Shown here: positions 27,693 to 38,351 of the stretch, piece after piece | Position numbering within the stretch: the stretch's first letter is position 1 | Layout of the letters: each line of letters opens with the position of its first letter | DNA from: a virus | Reading direction: 5' to 3' (one strand) | DNA: 64,000 nt | Virus record (IMG/VR): IMGVR_UViG_3300003690_003063 | Coordinates: 48,059 to 112,058 of that record | Made by a program: the position numbers and the translations under genes | The notes under the pieces: model-generated | What the model saw: only the letters and a program-made list of their open reading frames with translations | Told to the model about the DNA's origin: nothing | The model's database searches: none

Positions 27693-30317
27693 ATGGCAGA
27701 GCTAACTCAAGAATCTATTAATGCACTTAATCAAATCCTTGGACGGATCGATCGGCATCTCAGGACTGAGGGTCGACCAGGTGGTGGTGGTGGTGCCCCG
27801 CCTCGTCTCGGCCCGGATTTGGGACCTGCGGGGGGTGCCGATGATCTCTCCTATCGCGAGAGAGCCACCCGGCACTATGGGAAGCAAGCCGATGAGGTGA
27901 CGCGGCTTTTAGTTCAGCTTCGCGAAAAAGAAGAACTTATGGGAAGGCTTACGTCTGCCGAGAGGCTCGAAGTAAAAGAACTCCAGCAACAAGAAGATGC
28001 ACTTCAAAGGGTGAACGCCGCCCTTCAAGACAACACGGAGGACTTAGGAGCTGCTGTTAAGGCCCTTGACAAGTTGACCGAGGCGCACAAACGCCATCGT
28101 GAACAGCTTAAAGAAGGCGCACAAATTGCCGAGAATTATGAGAATAAATTATTTGGATTAAGCGGTGAATTTGGGGCTCTTTATACAAGGTTTATTCCCA
28201 AATCTATTACTTCTTTTAAGTCGTTTGGCAAATCTCTTGTTACAAATATCTTTTCTATAAATGGAGTTATTTCTGCTGCTCTTAAGCTCGCCAATATCTA
28301 CTTTAACCTGGCGTTTGCTGCCGATCGCGCTGCGTCATCTTTTAAGAAATCAACCGGCGCTGGTGAAGGCTATACTGATAATATAGAACGAGTGCGCGAT
28401 GCAAATATACTCGCGGGCGTCAGTTTCGAGGACTCATCTGCTGCCATGGCCGGCCTTTATAAGGGCTATACCTTATTTAATCGGGAGAGCGAGGGTACCC
28501 AAGATGCCATGGCATCACAAGTGGCTGTATTTGGGAAGTTGGGGGTATCGGCTGGCACGACAATCGGAATTATGGGACTTGCTCGCCAAGGTTTGGGAAT
28601 GACTGGTAAAGAAGCCCTGAAGCTTACGGACCAACTTAAAGATACGGCCTTTAGCTTGCACATGGACCTGGGGGGCGTACTGGAATCGTTCTCACAGGCG
28701 GCCCCCCAGCTGGCTTTTTACGGAGATGATCTTATTCATGTGTTCCGCAAGCTTCAGATGCAGGCCAAGGATACGGGGTTGTCGGTAAGTGATATTCTGG
28801 GCATCGTGGGCGAAGGCTTTGATACTTTTGATGGAGCAGCTAGCAAGGTGGGGAGAATGAACGCTTTATTGGGCGGCCCTTATCTTAACTCTATAGACAT
28901 GTTAAATGCCTCCGAAGGCGAACGTCTTGATATGCTTAAGCAATCCATGGACGCCTCTGGCCGCGTGTTCTCGGATTTGAGTAAGTACGAACAAAAGGCG
29001 TTTGCGGCAGCCCTGGGCACCGATGTCCTCAGCCTTCGAAAAGCTATGGGCGCCTTAACTTGGGAAGAAGAGGAGCGCATAAAAGTACAGGAAAAGGCAG
29101 AGAAGCGCGCCAGAAAGGCTAAAGACGCTATGGAATCGCTGGCTTTGGCGTTTGAGAACTTGTTCAAACAAAACAAGAATTGGATGAAAAAGGTTGTCGA
29201 GGGAGTCAGGAAGTTCGCGGAATATGTTCAAAAGTTTGACGACTGGAAAGACCTCCTTAAAGATATTCCTAAGCAGCTGAAAAAACTTATCCCACCCAAA
29301 GTGCAAAAAGGGCTGAAGATATTTGGGATTGCGTTGCTGACGATGGGGGCAATGCTGCTTGCTTTGAAAGTTGCTCTCATCGTTACTGCGGGCATTCTTT
29401 TGGTGACCTTCTTGCCAGCCATTATGGCCGCCATGGCCCCATTCTTGCCGATCATCGCCGTTATAGGCCTCTTTGTTGTTGCTATCGGTCTTATGGTGGC
29501 TGCCTTCCTTTCATTCAAGCCCGAAGATGTCGGCTGGATCCAATGGTTTAAAGACTGGGCGTTTACAATCGCGGGTATAGTACCGGGCTTACAAAGCGTC
29601 GCCAAAGGTTTTGGTATGTTTTTTGATAAGTTAATGAAAGGCGAAACTATTATGAGCGCTTTAAAGGGGGCTATGCTCGAATTTGCCAACAGCTTAACTT
29701 ATGGCAAATTCGGCTGGGTTATGGCGAAGCTCACCGGGGACGAATCATGGAAAGGGGGAGGTGCGTCAACGGTGCCGTCACCACCCAGGACGCGCCCGAC
29801 GTCGCCCTCCACGATTCAGGATGGTGGCTTTATCGCCGGCACACAGGGGGTGGCCGAATTCGCGTCTGCGGATGATGTGCTCGCTCTGAAACCCGGAGGG
29901 GGGATTGGTAGCGCCTTCGCCCAGATCGCCAAGGGCGCCGCCGAAGGCGCAGGCGCCAACTTCGCGAAGATGGGTAAGGGAATACAGACGTTTGACACCG
30001 AAGCCAAGGCAGTTAAAAGTCCAGAAGATCTTAAAAATCTTCTCGGCATGGGTCCAGGTGGAGTGTGGCAGCAGATGGCGTCTACGATCAAGAAAGGTAA
30101 AGACGCCCAACTGAAAAAGTTGTTGACTCCTCCCGTTGATGATGAAATGTTAAGGAGGGCCATCACGGATCCTCTTATAGTGGCCCTCGCACAGCTGGAA
30201 GATAAAGAAATTATAGTGCAGATTGGAGATGCAGCTGCCGGCCGCATTGTTACAAAAGGTATGAACTCTAGAACAGGGGCAAGCGCGGTATTACCGTGGT
30301 TACCAGGGAGAAAGTAA
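27693..30317 (+). CDS. Tape measure protein
   Basis: Long Ala/Gly-rich helical protein with hydrophobic segments, after tube and chaperone genes. Confidence 0.8.
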   Translation: MAELTQESINALNQILGRIDRHLRTEGRPGGGGGAPPRLGPDLGPAGGADDLSYRERATRHYGKQADEVTRLLVQLREKEELMGRLTSAERLEVKELQQQEDALQRVNAALQDNTEDLGAAVKALDKLTEAHKRHREQLKEGAQIAENYENKLFGLSGEFGALYTRFIPKSITSFKSFGKSLVTNIFSINGVISAALKLANIYFNLAFAADRAASSFKKSTGAGEGYTDNIERVRDANILAGVSFEDSSAAMAGLYKGYTLFNRESEGTQDAMASQVAVFGKLGVSAGTTIGIMGLARQGLGMTGKEALKLTDQLKDTAFSLHMDLGGVLESFSQAAPQLAFYGDDLIHVFRKLQMQAKDTGLSVSDILGIVGEGFDTFDGAASKVGRMNALLGGPYLNSIDMLNASEGERLDMLKQSMDASGRVFSDLSKYEQKAFAAALGTDVLSLRKAMGALTWEEEERIKVQEKAEKRARKAKDAMESLALAFENLFKQNKNWMKKVVEGVRKFAEYVQKFDDWKDLLKDIPKQLKKLIPPKVQKGLKIFGIALLTMGAMLLALKVALIVTAGILLVTFLPAIMAAMAPFLPIIAVIGLFVVAIGLMVAAFLSFKPEDVGWIQWFKDWAFTIAGIVPGLQSVAKGFGMFFDKLMKGETIMSALKGAMLEFANSLTYGKFGWVMAKLTGDESWKGGGASTVPSPPRTRPTSPSTIQDGGFIAGTQGVAEFASADDVLALKPGGGIGSAFAQIAKGAAEGAGANFAKMGKGIQTFDTEAKAVKSPEDLKNLLGMGPGGVWQQMASTIKKGKDAQLKKLLTPPVDDEMLRRAITDPLIVALAQLEDKEIIVQIGDAAAGRIVTKGMNSRTGASAVLPWLPGRK

Positions 30318-31262
30318 ATGGCAAATGACGAAATGACGATGGCCGAGAAGGCCGCGGCAGCCGAACAAGAGATGGTCGACCTGATAAAGGCGGCCCACAC
30401 ACAACCCTCACATACATTTAAGGCTCCAGAGGACTTTGGTACATTGCGCAAGTCCTTTGGACATGGCCCGGGCTCGAGCGTTGTGAAAATGCCTGCCGGC
30501 TCGGCCAATGATGCCCTTCAGATTCAAATTACCCATATTCCTACACGGAACAAGATTACTTTTGAGGGATGGGTTACCAATTTTGCTGATCAATTTAATT
30601 CTACGTGGTCTGGAACTCCCGCATACGGGCGAATGGATGATCTTTATACTTTTCAACGAACGGGGCGAAAAATTAGTATGGCATTTGATGTAGTTGCTCA
30701 TTCGGGCGACAAGGCCAAAAACAACGCACAGAAGCTTAATAGATTAACACAATTTTTATATCCGGTATATAGTGATGAGTTTGGCACCAAGTGTGATACA
30801 GCAACCGGTCAGTCCACTTCAGTTGAACTAGCGCGCAACCAACGCGTACTTACATCTCCTCCTCTTTTAAAATTACATTGGGCAAACATGGCAGAAAATG
30901 TGCAAACAGGCGAGGGCCTAGTAGGATTTCTGGGTGGCTTCAGCTATGCTCCTATAATGACGTCGGGACAGTTTATAAAAAGTAGCGGCGGCATTTTAAA
31001 TTTTCAACATTTTTCGGTCACTCTTGATTTTACTGTTCTTCATACCCATCTTACTGGGTGGAGCAGGGACTCGAGCGGAAATTATGTTTTTGGGGGTTCT
31101 GAAGCAGAGAGGAACAAACTGGCAAGCTTCCCGCATAAAGCGTCGAATGTCGTTGTGGAGGGCGTCTGGTCTCGAGATAAAGGCGCCATGATCACCGTAG
31201 CTGCCCCGGCCGAAGTTGGAAACCAAGAAGCAGAAGCAGAACAGTGCGCTGTTTTGAAGTAA
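30318..31262 (+). CDS. Baseplate / tube-initiator protein
   Basis: F.DQF.S.W....AYGRMD.LY.FQRT.R.ISMAF...PPLLKL pattern; synteny. Confidence 0.6.
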   Translation: MANDEMTMAEKAAAAEQEMVDLIKAAHTQPSHTFKAPEDFGTLRKSFGHGPGSSVVKMPAGSANDALQIQITHIPTRNKITFEGWVTNFADQFNSTWSGTPAYGRMDDLYTFQRTGRKISMAFDVVAHSGDKAKNNAQKLNRLTQFLYPVYSDEFGTKCDTATGQSTSVELARNQRVLTSPPLLKLHWANMAENVQTGEGLVGFLGGFSYAPIMTSGQFIKSSGGILNFQHFSVTLDFTVLHTHLTGWSRDSSGNYVFGGSEAERNKLASFPHKASNVVVEGVWSRDKGAMITVAAPAEVGNQEAEAEQCAVLK

Positions 31263-31288
31263 ATAGGGTATAACAAAGGAGATTTAAG

Positions 31289-31627
31289 ATGGGAACTCGA
31301 TATGATAATAGACTCCTTCTGAGAAACGATGCGGAGGAGTATGAAAATATATTTGAAGAAAGAGGAGTAAAATATATAAAACAATATAATAGCGCGCGCC
31401 TTTATTATCCCACTCCCAATCAAATCGGAGGCCTCCAAAGGGTCCAACATATTTGGAAGGTGGGGGATCGATATTATAAGCTTGCCGCAGAATATTATGG
31501 AATTCCTACTTATTGGTGGGTTATTGCTCATTACAACAAGAAGCCCACAGAATCACAGGTTTCCATTGGAGAAGTTATTTATATTCCTCTTCCTCTTCCT
31601 AAGATTCTTAATTATATTATGCGTTAG
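31289..31627 (+). CDS. LysM-like baseplate wedge protein (gp53-like)
   Basis: GDRYYKLAAEYYG..YWWVIAHYN...GEVIYIP. Confidence 0.8.
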   Translation: MGTRYDNRLLLRNDAEEYENIFEERGVKYIKQYNSARLYYPTPNQIGGLQRVQHIWKVGDRYYKLAAEYYGIPTYWWVIAHYNKKPTESQVSIGEVIYIPLPLPKILNYIMR

Positions 31628-31635
31628 GAAGATAT

Positions 31636-34600
31636 ATGGGACTCAAATCACATCCTAATTTAGTAAGTATATGGAAAAAATACTGGGACGAGGTTTTGGT
31701 CCCTGCTTGCTGCCGAGCCTATTTAACAGACTATCTGAGTAGTGCTGCGATCATTAATCAGTTTGCAGATGATCCCACTAAGGGGTTTTTAAAGCCCAAA
31801 TCTGAAATAAGAGGAGCTCCATTTACAGATGACGATTATGTGGGGCTTGTGACCCAGGACCAGTATAAACAAATAGAAGCTAAGATTAATCAGCTTTATA
31901 GCGGCACCGGAACAGAAACGGCTACTGCGGCTGTAAAAGCGTTCCGAGGCATGACGGTAAAACCTGCCATAGATCATAAAAATTGGTGGCCCGGGGGAGA
32001 ATACAAATGGGAAGGCCTGTGGGTCACCATGGATGGCATGCAGGGGGTGGGACTTCATGATTATTTGCCGCGCCACACATCAACGAGTGCCGGCCCGGAT
32101 AACAAGTCAGCTCAGTTATCCATTGCGGATATAATATTGGGTTCTGCACTGATGAGCGTGTCTAATATATTTAAATTTGGTTCCGATTCCATCACCGGTT
32201 TCGGTGCCGGCGCAAGGGGGAAGGATATAGTTGGTTCCGCGATTGATGATCCATCGGGCTATATTATACTACATCCCAAAAAAGACAAACCGTCGGATCC
32301 AGACGACAACGATTATTCCCCTATTCCCACCACACAGGCGTGGGTGAATTCTCACGGCGGTTTTAAGATGCCTCTGTGGGCTAAGCATGTTAAAACATGG
32401 TCCGCCGTTAAAGCCTTACAACCTCAAACTGCTGGTAAACATCTTGATAAGAAGTATAAACAGAATGATGCTTTAATCTTTTACACTCCCGGCGCCGGCA
32501 AGCATGCTAGGGAAATAGCTCCGTGGCAGGTAGAATTCATAGCGCGGATTGCTCGAAATCATGAAGAAGTTCTGGACACTTTGGTCGACGAGATCATTGA
32601 CAATATTTTAGCTGATATCCTCGATGCCGATCCAAAGGGCTTTACGGCCGCCCCCCCTGCTCAGCCGGCCCGGCCGCCGGCAAGGAAGAAGGCCGGCCGA
32701 GAGGAAATGGGTAAGTATGGCTCTTTTTTGAAGCCATTTGATTTACAGTGCTTCTTAATGGAAAACATTAATCTTTTATCAAGCACAAAAGAAGATGCCG
32801 ATCCTTACAAATATTTGGGCAAACTTAATGGCCACAGTAAACATGACCAACCCGGTAATTTGGTGTCTTATATACAACACGCCAATCGAGATAGCGAGGT
32901 TCAAGCACTTTTGGAGACATGCCCAGATGTTTATGCTTTATTGTCTCCATATATTAGACTTTATCGCGTAGATTACAGAGGGGATAATACTCTTTATCCA
33001 TTTCGAGAGACTGAAATACCTTTTCCCAATTTTATTGATCCAAAGGATATTTCGTTGATAGGGTCGGGCCTCCTCGGCCGTGTTCCGGGAGCCGGTATAA
33101 AGTCCTTTTCATGGTCTCTAGATGGTACGCAGCCCGCCGAAGTGGATTTTAATATCAGTGCTAATTTAACTGTACACTTTCAGACAATTCAGGACTTGTT
33201 CTCTTTGAATCGAGACCCTAATGGCATGTATCGCGCCGGTATTGGGGGAGAAGATGAAGTCCCCGCGCCCGGCTATCTTGATTTGATAATCGGGTCCGGC
33301 ACAAGTTTTCTGGAACAACCGGTTGAGATTAAAGAGAAGCCCCCAAGCAACGGCACCGTCTGTGATGTAGTGATGCAGGAGTATGATGGTGCGCGCTTTA
33401 GGATAAAAGTGGTTGTTGGGTGGAGTATCCCTACATTAAGCAGTATTTTAGATGCCACGAGCCTGACAGCCAAGCAGGCTCTTGCTTTTAAACACGCCAT
33501 CGAAGAAACTAAAACAAGTCTGTATTTACAAATCACAGGTCATCAACTAAATTTTAAAGACGATGGTGCACTGGAACTAAGTATTGATTATGTGGCCTCT
33601 TTGGATGGCATTATGGCTGCGAAAGATGCTGATATATTTGCGGGTGATACTACCTATACGGCTAAACGTAAAAGAGCCGAAGATGATCAAAAGGAAGCTA
33701 AGGAGGACGAGAAAAAGAAGAAGGAGGCCGCCAAACGCCACCGCGGCGGCGAGGAAACAGAGGACTCTGATACCGCAGCCGATGATGCTGAGGATTCCGT
33801 ACTAGATAAGGCAAATAAAAAAGTAAAGGAGCTCGCATCGAAGGACAGGATGGCGCGCTATCGGCGCTTTTTGGGAATTTTGTATGACAAAAATAGAATT
33901 TATTCGGTTAAGATTTCTGCTGATATGTATCAACAAGGTCTTATTAGTGGTCAGCAAAATCCTGAAAAACGCGCTGAAATGGCGCGCGTTCGAGTGGGGA
34001 AAGATCCTGCGAAGCGAGGGTTTGGTGAGCCCCAACAATCGAATAACTTTGATTCCACACTTATGAAAGACCTAGCGTCGTTTTCCCGCACAAAAGGAGA
34101 CACAGACAAGAACGCTTTAGAGGGCCCCGACGAATTCGATAAGTATGCGGAGCTGCAGATTAAAAAAGATGACGACGGCTCCGTTACGGTACCGTATTTT
34201 TATTTGGGAGACCTTATAGATGGTATTTTTGAATATATGAACCATCTCCCGGTTGATGCCCAAGGGTATCATGGGAGCCTTCAATTTTTGTTGGGGGCTA
34301 TGGAACTGATAGACCCCCTTCAGGCGTTTCAAGTAAAAGATATTGAATTAGAGTGTGTAAACGCAAACGCAAAACGAGTAATTAGAGCTATTCAAGACGT
34401 AGATCCTCTAAGATTTAGTGGTCCGGGAAGTGGAATTACTTTTTCGATCAATATGGGAAGCATTCCTATTTCTTTACATTCTTTCCGAGAATGGTATGTA
34501 CAGAATGTAGTTCGTTCGAATAGGGATAAATTTATGCTCTTAGATTTTGTGAAGCAAGTCTGCGCGAGTCTTGTTATAAAAGCTTTTAATGCTGTGTGCT

Positions 34601-35328
34601 TTCAAGATACGATTAGATATCATTTAAAATTCGACACTTCTCTGTTTGATCTTGCTGATTCTTATGTGGGACAAAATGCTACTGTGGACGAGGTAGCGGC
34701 CTCAAAAAAGAAGGCCGACACCCTCTCCCGTACCGCACTTGTCCCCGAAGTGAGGCCGAATATTCCTACCGTTATCCTCTATAGTGTTGATTCCCGCCCA
34801 CGCACCGGCGATTATCAAGAAGATCTAGAGGCTGGTATATATCATTATTATTTGGGAGCATCCTGCGGCCTCGCCAAAAATATTAAGTTCAACCGAATTG
34901 ATTTTCCCGAGATGAGAGCAGCACGTATTACTAAGGATGGCTCACTGTCTGCCACCCAGCTTCGCGAATTATACATGGTGGACTTGGACTTAATTGGCAA
35001 CACCCTCCACAAAACAGGTCAATACGTGTTTATTGAACCTATAGGTGTTGGCCTTGGGTCGCTGAAGGCAGCTGGTACGATACCCAATTTAGCGCGCATT
35101 TTGGGGATTGGAGGGTATCACCTTATAAACTCTGTAAAGAGCGAAATTAGTGACGCCGGGTTTAATGTTTCAATCAGCGCTCAGCAGGAGGGAATGGCTT
35201 TTGATAACAATCGTATTATTTCTATAAATCGATGGCCCGAAACGGCGCCAAAGATTAAAGACAAAAAAGGAAAGAGGAAGAAAGGTGGAGAGAAAGAAGA
35301 AGCGCCACTCCCTGCGGACGGTTCTTAG
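31636..35328 (+). CDS. Large baseplate hub-like structural protein
   Basis: 1230 aa; C-terminal L.GNTL...G..V...LGIGGYHLI.SV.SEI...GF, hub-like; synteny. Confidence 0.55.
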   Translation: MGLKSHPNLVSIWKKYWDEVLVPACCRAYLTDYLSSAAIINQFADDPTKGFLKPKSEIRGAPFTDDDYVGLVTQDQYKQIEAKINQLYSGTGTETATAAVKAFRGMTVKPAIDHKNWWPGGEYKWEGLWVTMDGMQGVGLHDYLPRHTSTSAGPDNKSAQLSIADIILGSALMSVSNIFKFGSDSITGFGAGARGKDIVGSAIDDPSGYIILHPKKDKPSDPDDNDYSPIPTTQAWVNSHGGFKMPLWAKHVKTWSAVKALQPQTAGKHLDKKYKQNDALIFYTPGAGKHAREIAPWQVEFIARIARNHEEVLDTLVDEIIDNILADILDADPKGFTAAPPAQPARPPARKKAGREEMGKYGSFLKPFDLQCFLMENINLLSSTKEDADPYKYLGKLNGHSKHDQPGNLVSYIQHANRDSEVQALLETCPDVYALLSPYIRLYRVDYRGDNTLYPFRETEIPFPNFIDPKDISLIGSGLLGRVPGAGIKSFSWSLDGTQPAEVDFNISANLTVHFQTIQDLFSLNRDPNGMYRAGIGGEDEVPAPGYLDLIIGSGTSFLEQPVEIKEKPPSNGTVCDVVMQEYDGARFRIKVVVGWSIPTLSSILDATSLTAKQALAFKHAIEETKTSLYLQITGHQLNFKDDGALELSIDYVASLDGIMAAKDADIFAGDTTYTAKRKRAEDDQKEAKEDEKKKKEAAKRHRGGEETEDSDTAADDAEDSVLDKANKKVKELASKDRMARYRRFLGILYDKNRIYSVKISADMYQQGLISGQQNPEKRAEMARVRVGKDPAKRGFGEPQQSNNFDSTLMKDLASFSRTKGDTDKNALEGPDEFDKYAELQIKKDDDGSVTVPYFYLGDLIDGIFEYMNHLPVDAQGYHGSLQFLLGAMELIDPLQAFQVKDIELECVNANAKRVIRAIQDVDPLRFSGPGSGITFSINMGSIPISLHSFREWYVQNVVRSNRDKFMLLDFVKQVCASLVIKAFNAVCFQDTIRYHLKFDTSLFDLADSYVGQNATVDEVAASKKKADTLSRTALVPEVRPNIPTVILYSVDSRPRTGDYQEDLEAGIYHYYLGASCGLAKNIKFNRIDFPEMRAARITKDGSLSATQLRELYMVDLDLIGNTLHKTGQYVFIEPIGVGLGSLKAAGTIPNLARILGIGGYHLINSVKSEISDAGFNVSISAQQEGMAFDNNRIISINRWPETAPKIKDKKGKRKKGGEKEEAPLPADGS

Positions 35329-35394
35329 GGACGATTATTATCTTCATCCATCAAAAAATGAAAAGAGTTATATTTAGTAACGAGGGCGAATAAA

Positions 35395-36834
35395 ATGGCA
35401 CACGACTATACACAATTTACTTTTCCCTACACTCTTAATGAGCTTGTTAACCCTCAAGGAAGAAACGCACTGGCAACCGGTGCTAAGTTTTTTCAGCGCA
35501 CGATGTACAGAGAGGCCATTTATCCAGACCACGCGGCCCATCTTCCACGACCTTTAGATACGTGGTATGACAAAAATCTTTTTGGGCGCGTAGATAGGTG
35601 TCAAAATACTATAGTCCCAGTGGGAAGCAATTTAAAAACTGTTCGTAAAGCTGCTACCTCCAATATCTATTGTTTAAATTTTGTGGAGTTAGCTTTTGAT
35701 GCTCTGGTTAGCCATATGGGAACTGCGGCCATAAACGGCTGTATGTCGACAGAGGGCACGCCGGCCATCTGGGACATGAAGGCGGTTCGTGGGTATGTAG
35801 ACCCTCATCAAAAGTACAAGGCTTTTCTGGACGGCTTAATCGATGCGTTTGCTAACGAACATGTTGACACGGGGCAAAACATTATTAAAAATTTTGATGA
35901 TTTTGTTCCCATATTCAAAAATTATATTTTGTATATTGCTCGTACCTATCCGATTACAAAAGAAAACTTTTTTCTTAGCAATGTTGTAAGCCCCTATATG
36001 ACTGGGCTTAGCCTGGCAATTTCGAGACATTCCGCAGCCGATGACGCCCCCAAATATCAAGACTATATTAACGATGTAAATTTTGACTATTATATAAAGT
36101 CTGCCAAGGAATACGGCTTTTTAGTTAATAAGAATATGCCATGGGTATTGACAGCTGATCTTTTTACCAACGCGATACAACGTTATATGAACTATTATCT
36201 TTTTGGGGACCCCTCTGACCCTGTGGCACCCGATAAGACTAACTTGTTCGAACTATATTATGATGAAGTATATCGGTCAGCTTTCGATAACTTGCGTTAT
36301 GTATTCGCTTACGGTTATTATAGGTTCAGACAACAGAAGCCACTTTATTCCGAGCGTAAGGTAATTTGGAAACAGTGTCACCCGGCCCCGGTGGGAGCGT
36401 CGCAGGGGCGAGTCATAGAGGGCTCCCTTACCGAGCATAATTTTTTTAGAAAGTACTATGGCGATATTACAGTGCTGGAAGGGATGCTTAAAGAGCAGTT
36501 TTTAATTGACCTCTATATCGATTTACGTCATATAGAGAGTAGAGAGAGTCACCCTTCTAAGTCAAATGTCAAAGCTCGTGCATATCAAGTATATGGCGCT
36601 CAATTGCCCACCGGGCAGGCGCCGATGCATGATGTCCTAGAATTCGTTAACGAAGTTTATCGTATTTATCTTTATCCTTCTAACTATGGGGATATTAATC
36701 TTACAACAAACCTTGACAAATTGCTTATTTCCGATATAATGGATACAGGAGTGGAGATAGCTGCCACACCAAGATGTACTAGTGCAACAGCCGCAGCCGT
36801 GGCAACACCTGGTGGTGGTTCTGGCTATCCGTAG
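35395..36834 (+). CDS. Hypothetical protein (end of virion module)
   Basis: 479-aa ORF with GAGG RBS. Confidence 0.7.
   Translation: MAHDYTQFTFPYTLNELVNPQGRNALATGAKFFQRTMYREAIYPDHAAHLPRPLDTWYDKNLFGRVDRCQNTIVPVGSNLKTVRKAATSNIYCLNFVELAFDALVSHMGTAAINGCMSTEGTPAIWDMKAVRGYVDPHQKYKAFLDGLIDAFANEHVDTGQNIIKNFDDFVPIFKNYILYIARTYPITKENFFLSNVVSPYMTGLSLAISRHSAADDAPKYQDYINDVNFDYYIKSAKEYGFLVNKNMPWVLTADLFTNAIQRYMNYYLFGDPSDPVAPDKTNLFELYYDEVYRSAFDNLRYVFAYGYYRFRQQKPLYSERKVIWKQCHPAPVGASQGRVIEGSLTEHNFFRKYYGDITVLEGMLKEQFLIDLYIDLRHIESRESHPSKSNVKARAYQVYGAQLPTGQAPMHDVLEFVNEVYRIYLYPSNYGDINLTTNLDKLLISDIMDTGVEIAATPRCTSATAAAVATPGGGSGYP
36713..36740 (+). promoter_or_regulatory. Sigma70-type promoter at the start of the replication module
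   Basis: TTGACA-16-TATAAT. Confidence 0.7.
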
Positions 36835-36837
36835 CGC

Positions 36838-38034
36838 GTGAAAAGAGTGTTATTTCAAATTTTAGATTCTAAAGCTGACTGCGTGGGGTATTATGCAGAC
36901 AATGCGATAAATGCGGGATTTCCTCCTCCTCTGACAGGTTCTACGTGGGACTATTCTCCCCACCTCTCTGGAAATAACTATGAGATAGCTCGCATTTATG
37001 GAAGCGGCGCCACGCTAACCGACCTATGTCCTCCAGAAATGAAAGACGAATGGGTTAGCGTTAAAAAAACACTTAAATCATGTCTCAAAGCCTTTGACAC
37101 AGCGTGCTTCTCAATGGAAGAGAATTGTTTTTATGATGCCGTGCCCGAATATTTTCTTTTTCAATACTTGAAAGCGAAAAATAAGATTACCCAACATATA
37201 TTGGAAACCTACCAGCGTCCCGATAACTATGATTTTATGTACAACTTAATTGAAATGCTATCTGATATTCGATCTCGCCCATTGGGTGTCGACATAGGTC
37301 CAATTGGACATTTGCTGAGCTCGGTGCGTGGTCAGAACTTTCAACGCACATTACAGCGCGCCAAACTTATTTGCGATTACAATCCTTGGGGCACCGTGAC
37401 TGGACGCTTGACCACCCAGACGAATAGCTTTCCTATTTTAACGATGAGTAAAGACTTTCGTTCGTGTATCCGCCCCCAGAATGACTGGCTCCTGGAGCTA
37501 GATTTTAATGCTGCTGAATTGAGAGTACTTTTGGCGCTCTGTGGTGCCAAACAGCCCACCAACGATATCCATGATTGGAATGTTAAAAATGTTTTTAAGG
37601 GCGCCATATCGCGGGAAGAGGCAAAGAAGAAAACGTTTGCGTGGCTCTATTCGCAGCGACCCAATGGCTCTTTGGAGCGTCTTTATGATAAGAATTTAGT
37701 GAGAAATAAGTATTGGGATGGCTGTAAAATTAAGACAGATTATGGTAGAATTATAGAGAATGTGGACGCACACCACGCGCTCAATTATGTTGTACAAAGC
37801 ACAACCATTGATATGGTGCACGAACAAGCGTATAAAATCTATAAGCTTTTGAAAGGAAGAAAAAGCAATATTTCGTTTTTGATTCATGATGCAGTTTATA
37901 TTGATCTGGATGATGAAGATCGCTATGAAATTTTAAATTTACTTGACACTTTTAAGGATACACGGTACGGTTCCTTTAAGATCAACATTTCAGCAGGCAA
38001 GAACCTGGGTCAAATGAAAGAACTTAAGCTATGA
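36838..38034 (+). CDS. polA: Compact family A DNA polymerase domain
   Basis: TVTGRL, motif A LDFNAAELRVL, motif B REEAK...WLY, NYVVQST, motif C IHDA. Confidence 0.8.
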   Translation: MKRVLFQILDSKADCVGYYADNAINAGFPPPLTGSTWDYSPHLSGNNYEIARIYGSGATLTDLCPPEMKDEWVSVKKTLKSCLKAFDTACFSMEENCFYDAVPEYFLFQYLKAKNKITQHILETYQRPDNYDFMYNLIEMLSDIRSRPLGVDIGPIGHLLSSVRGQNFQRTLQRAKLICDYNPWGTVTGRLTTQTNSFPILTMSKDFRSCIRPQNDWLLELDFNAAELRVLLALCGAKQPTNDIHDWNVKNVFKGAISREEAKKKTFAWLYSQRPNGSLERLYDKNLVRNKYWDGCKIKTDYGRIIENVDAHHALNYVVQSTTIDMVHEQAYKIYKLLKGRKSNISFLIHDAVYIDLDDEDRYEILNLLDTFKDTRYGSFKINISAGKNLGQMKELKL

Positions 38035-38351
38035 AAAAATTATTATACCATAAATTAGTACGAGACCGAATCCCAGAGATTATTGAAGAGTCTGGGAAGG
38101 CCTTTAAAATACGCCAAGAAAGGGGTGATCGCTTAAAAGATTATGCCATGCGAAAACTTCAAGAGGAGGTAATGGAGTTTGTAGAAAACCCTTGCGCCGA
38201 GGAAGCAGCTGACATTATGGAAATAATGAATTTTATTTGCTACCGATTGAGCATTCATGATCATACTATTTTGGCTGAGGCAACTGCAAAGCGGGTCACC
38301 CGCGGCGGCTTTGATATGGGCTTTATTTTAGAGTGGGTGGACGACTCATGA
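38031..38351 (+). CDS. MazG-like all-alpha NTP pyrophosphohydrolase
   Basis: KLVRDRIPEII...KLQEEVMEF...EEAADIMEI...KR..RGGF. Confidence 0.85.
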   Translation: MKKLLYHKLVRDRIPEIIEESGKAFKIRQERGDRLKDYAMRKLQEEVMEFVENPCAEEAADIMEIMNFICYRLSIHDHTILAEATAKRVTRGGFDMGFILEWVDDS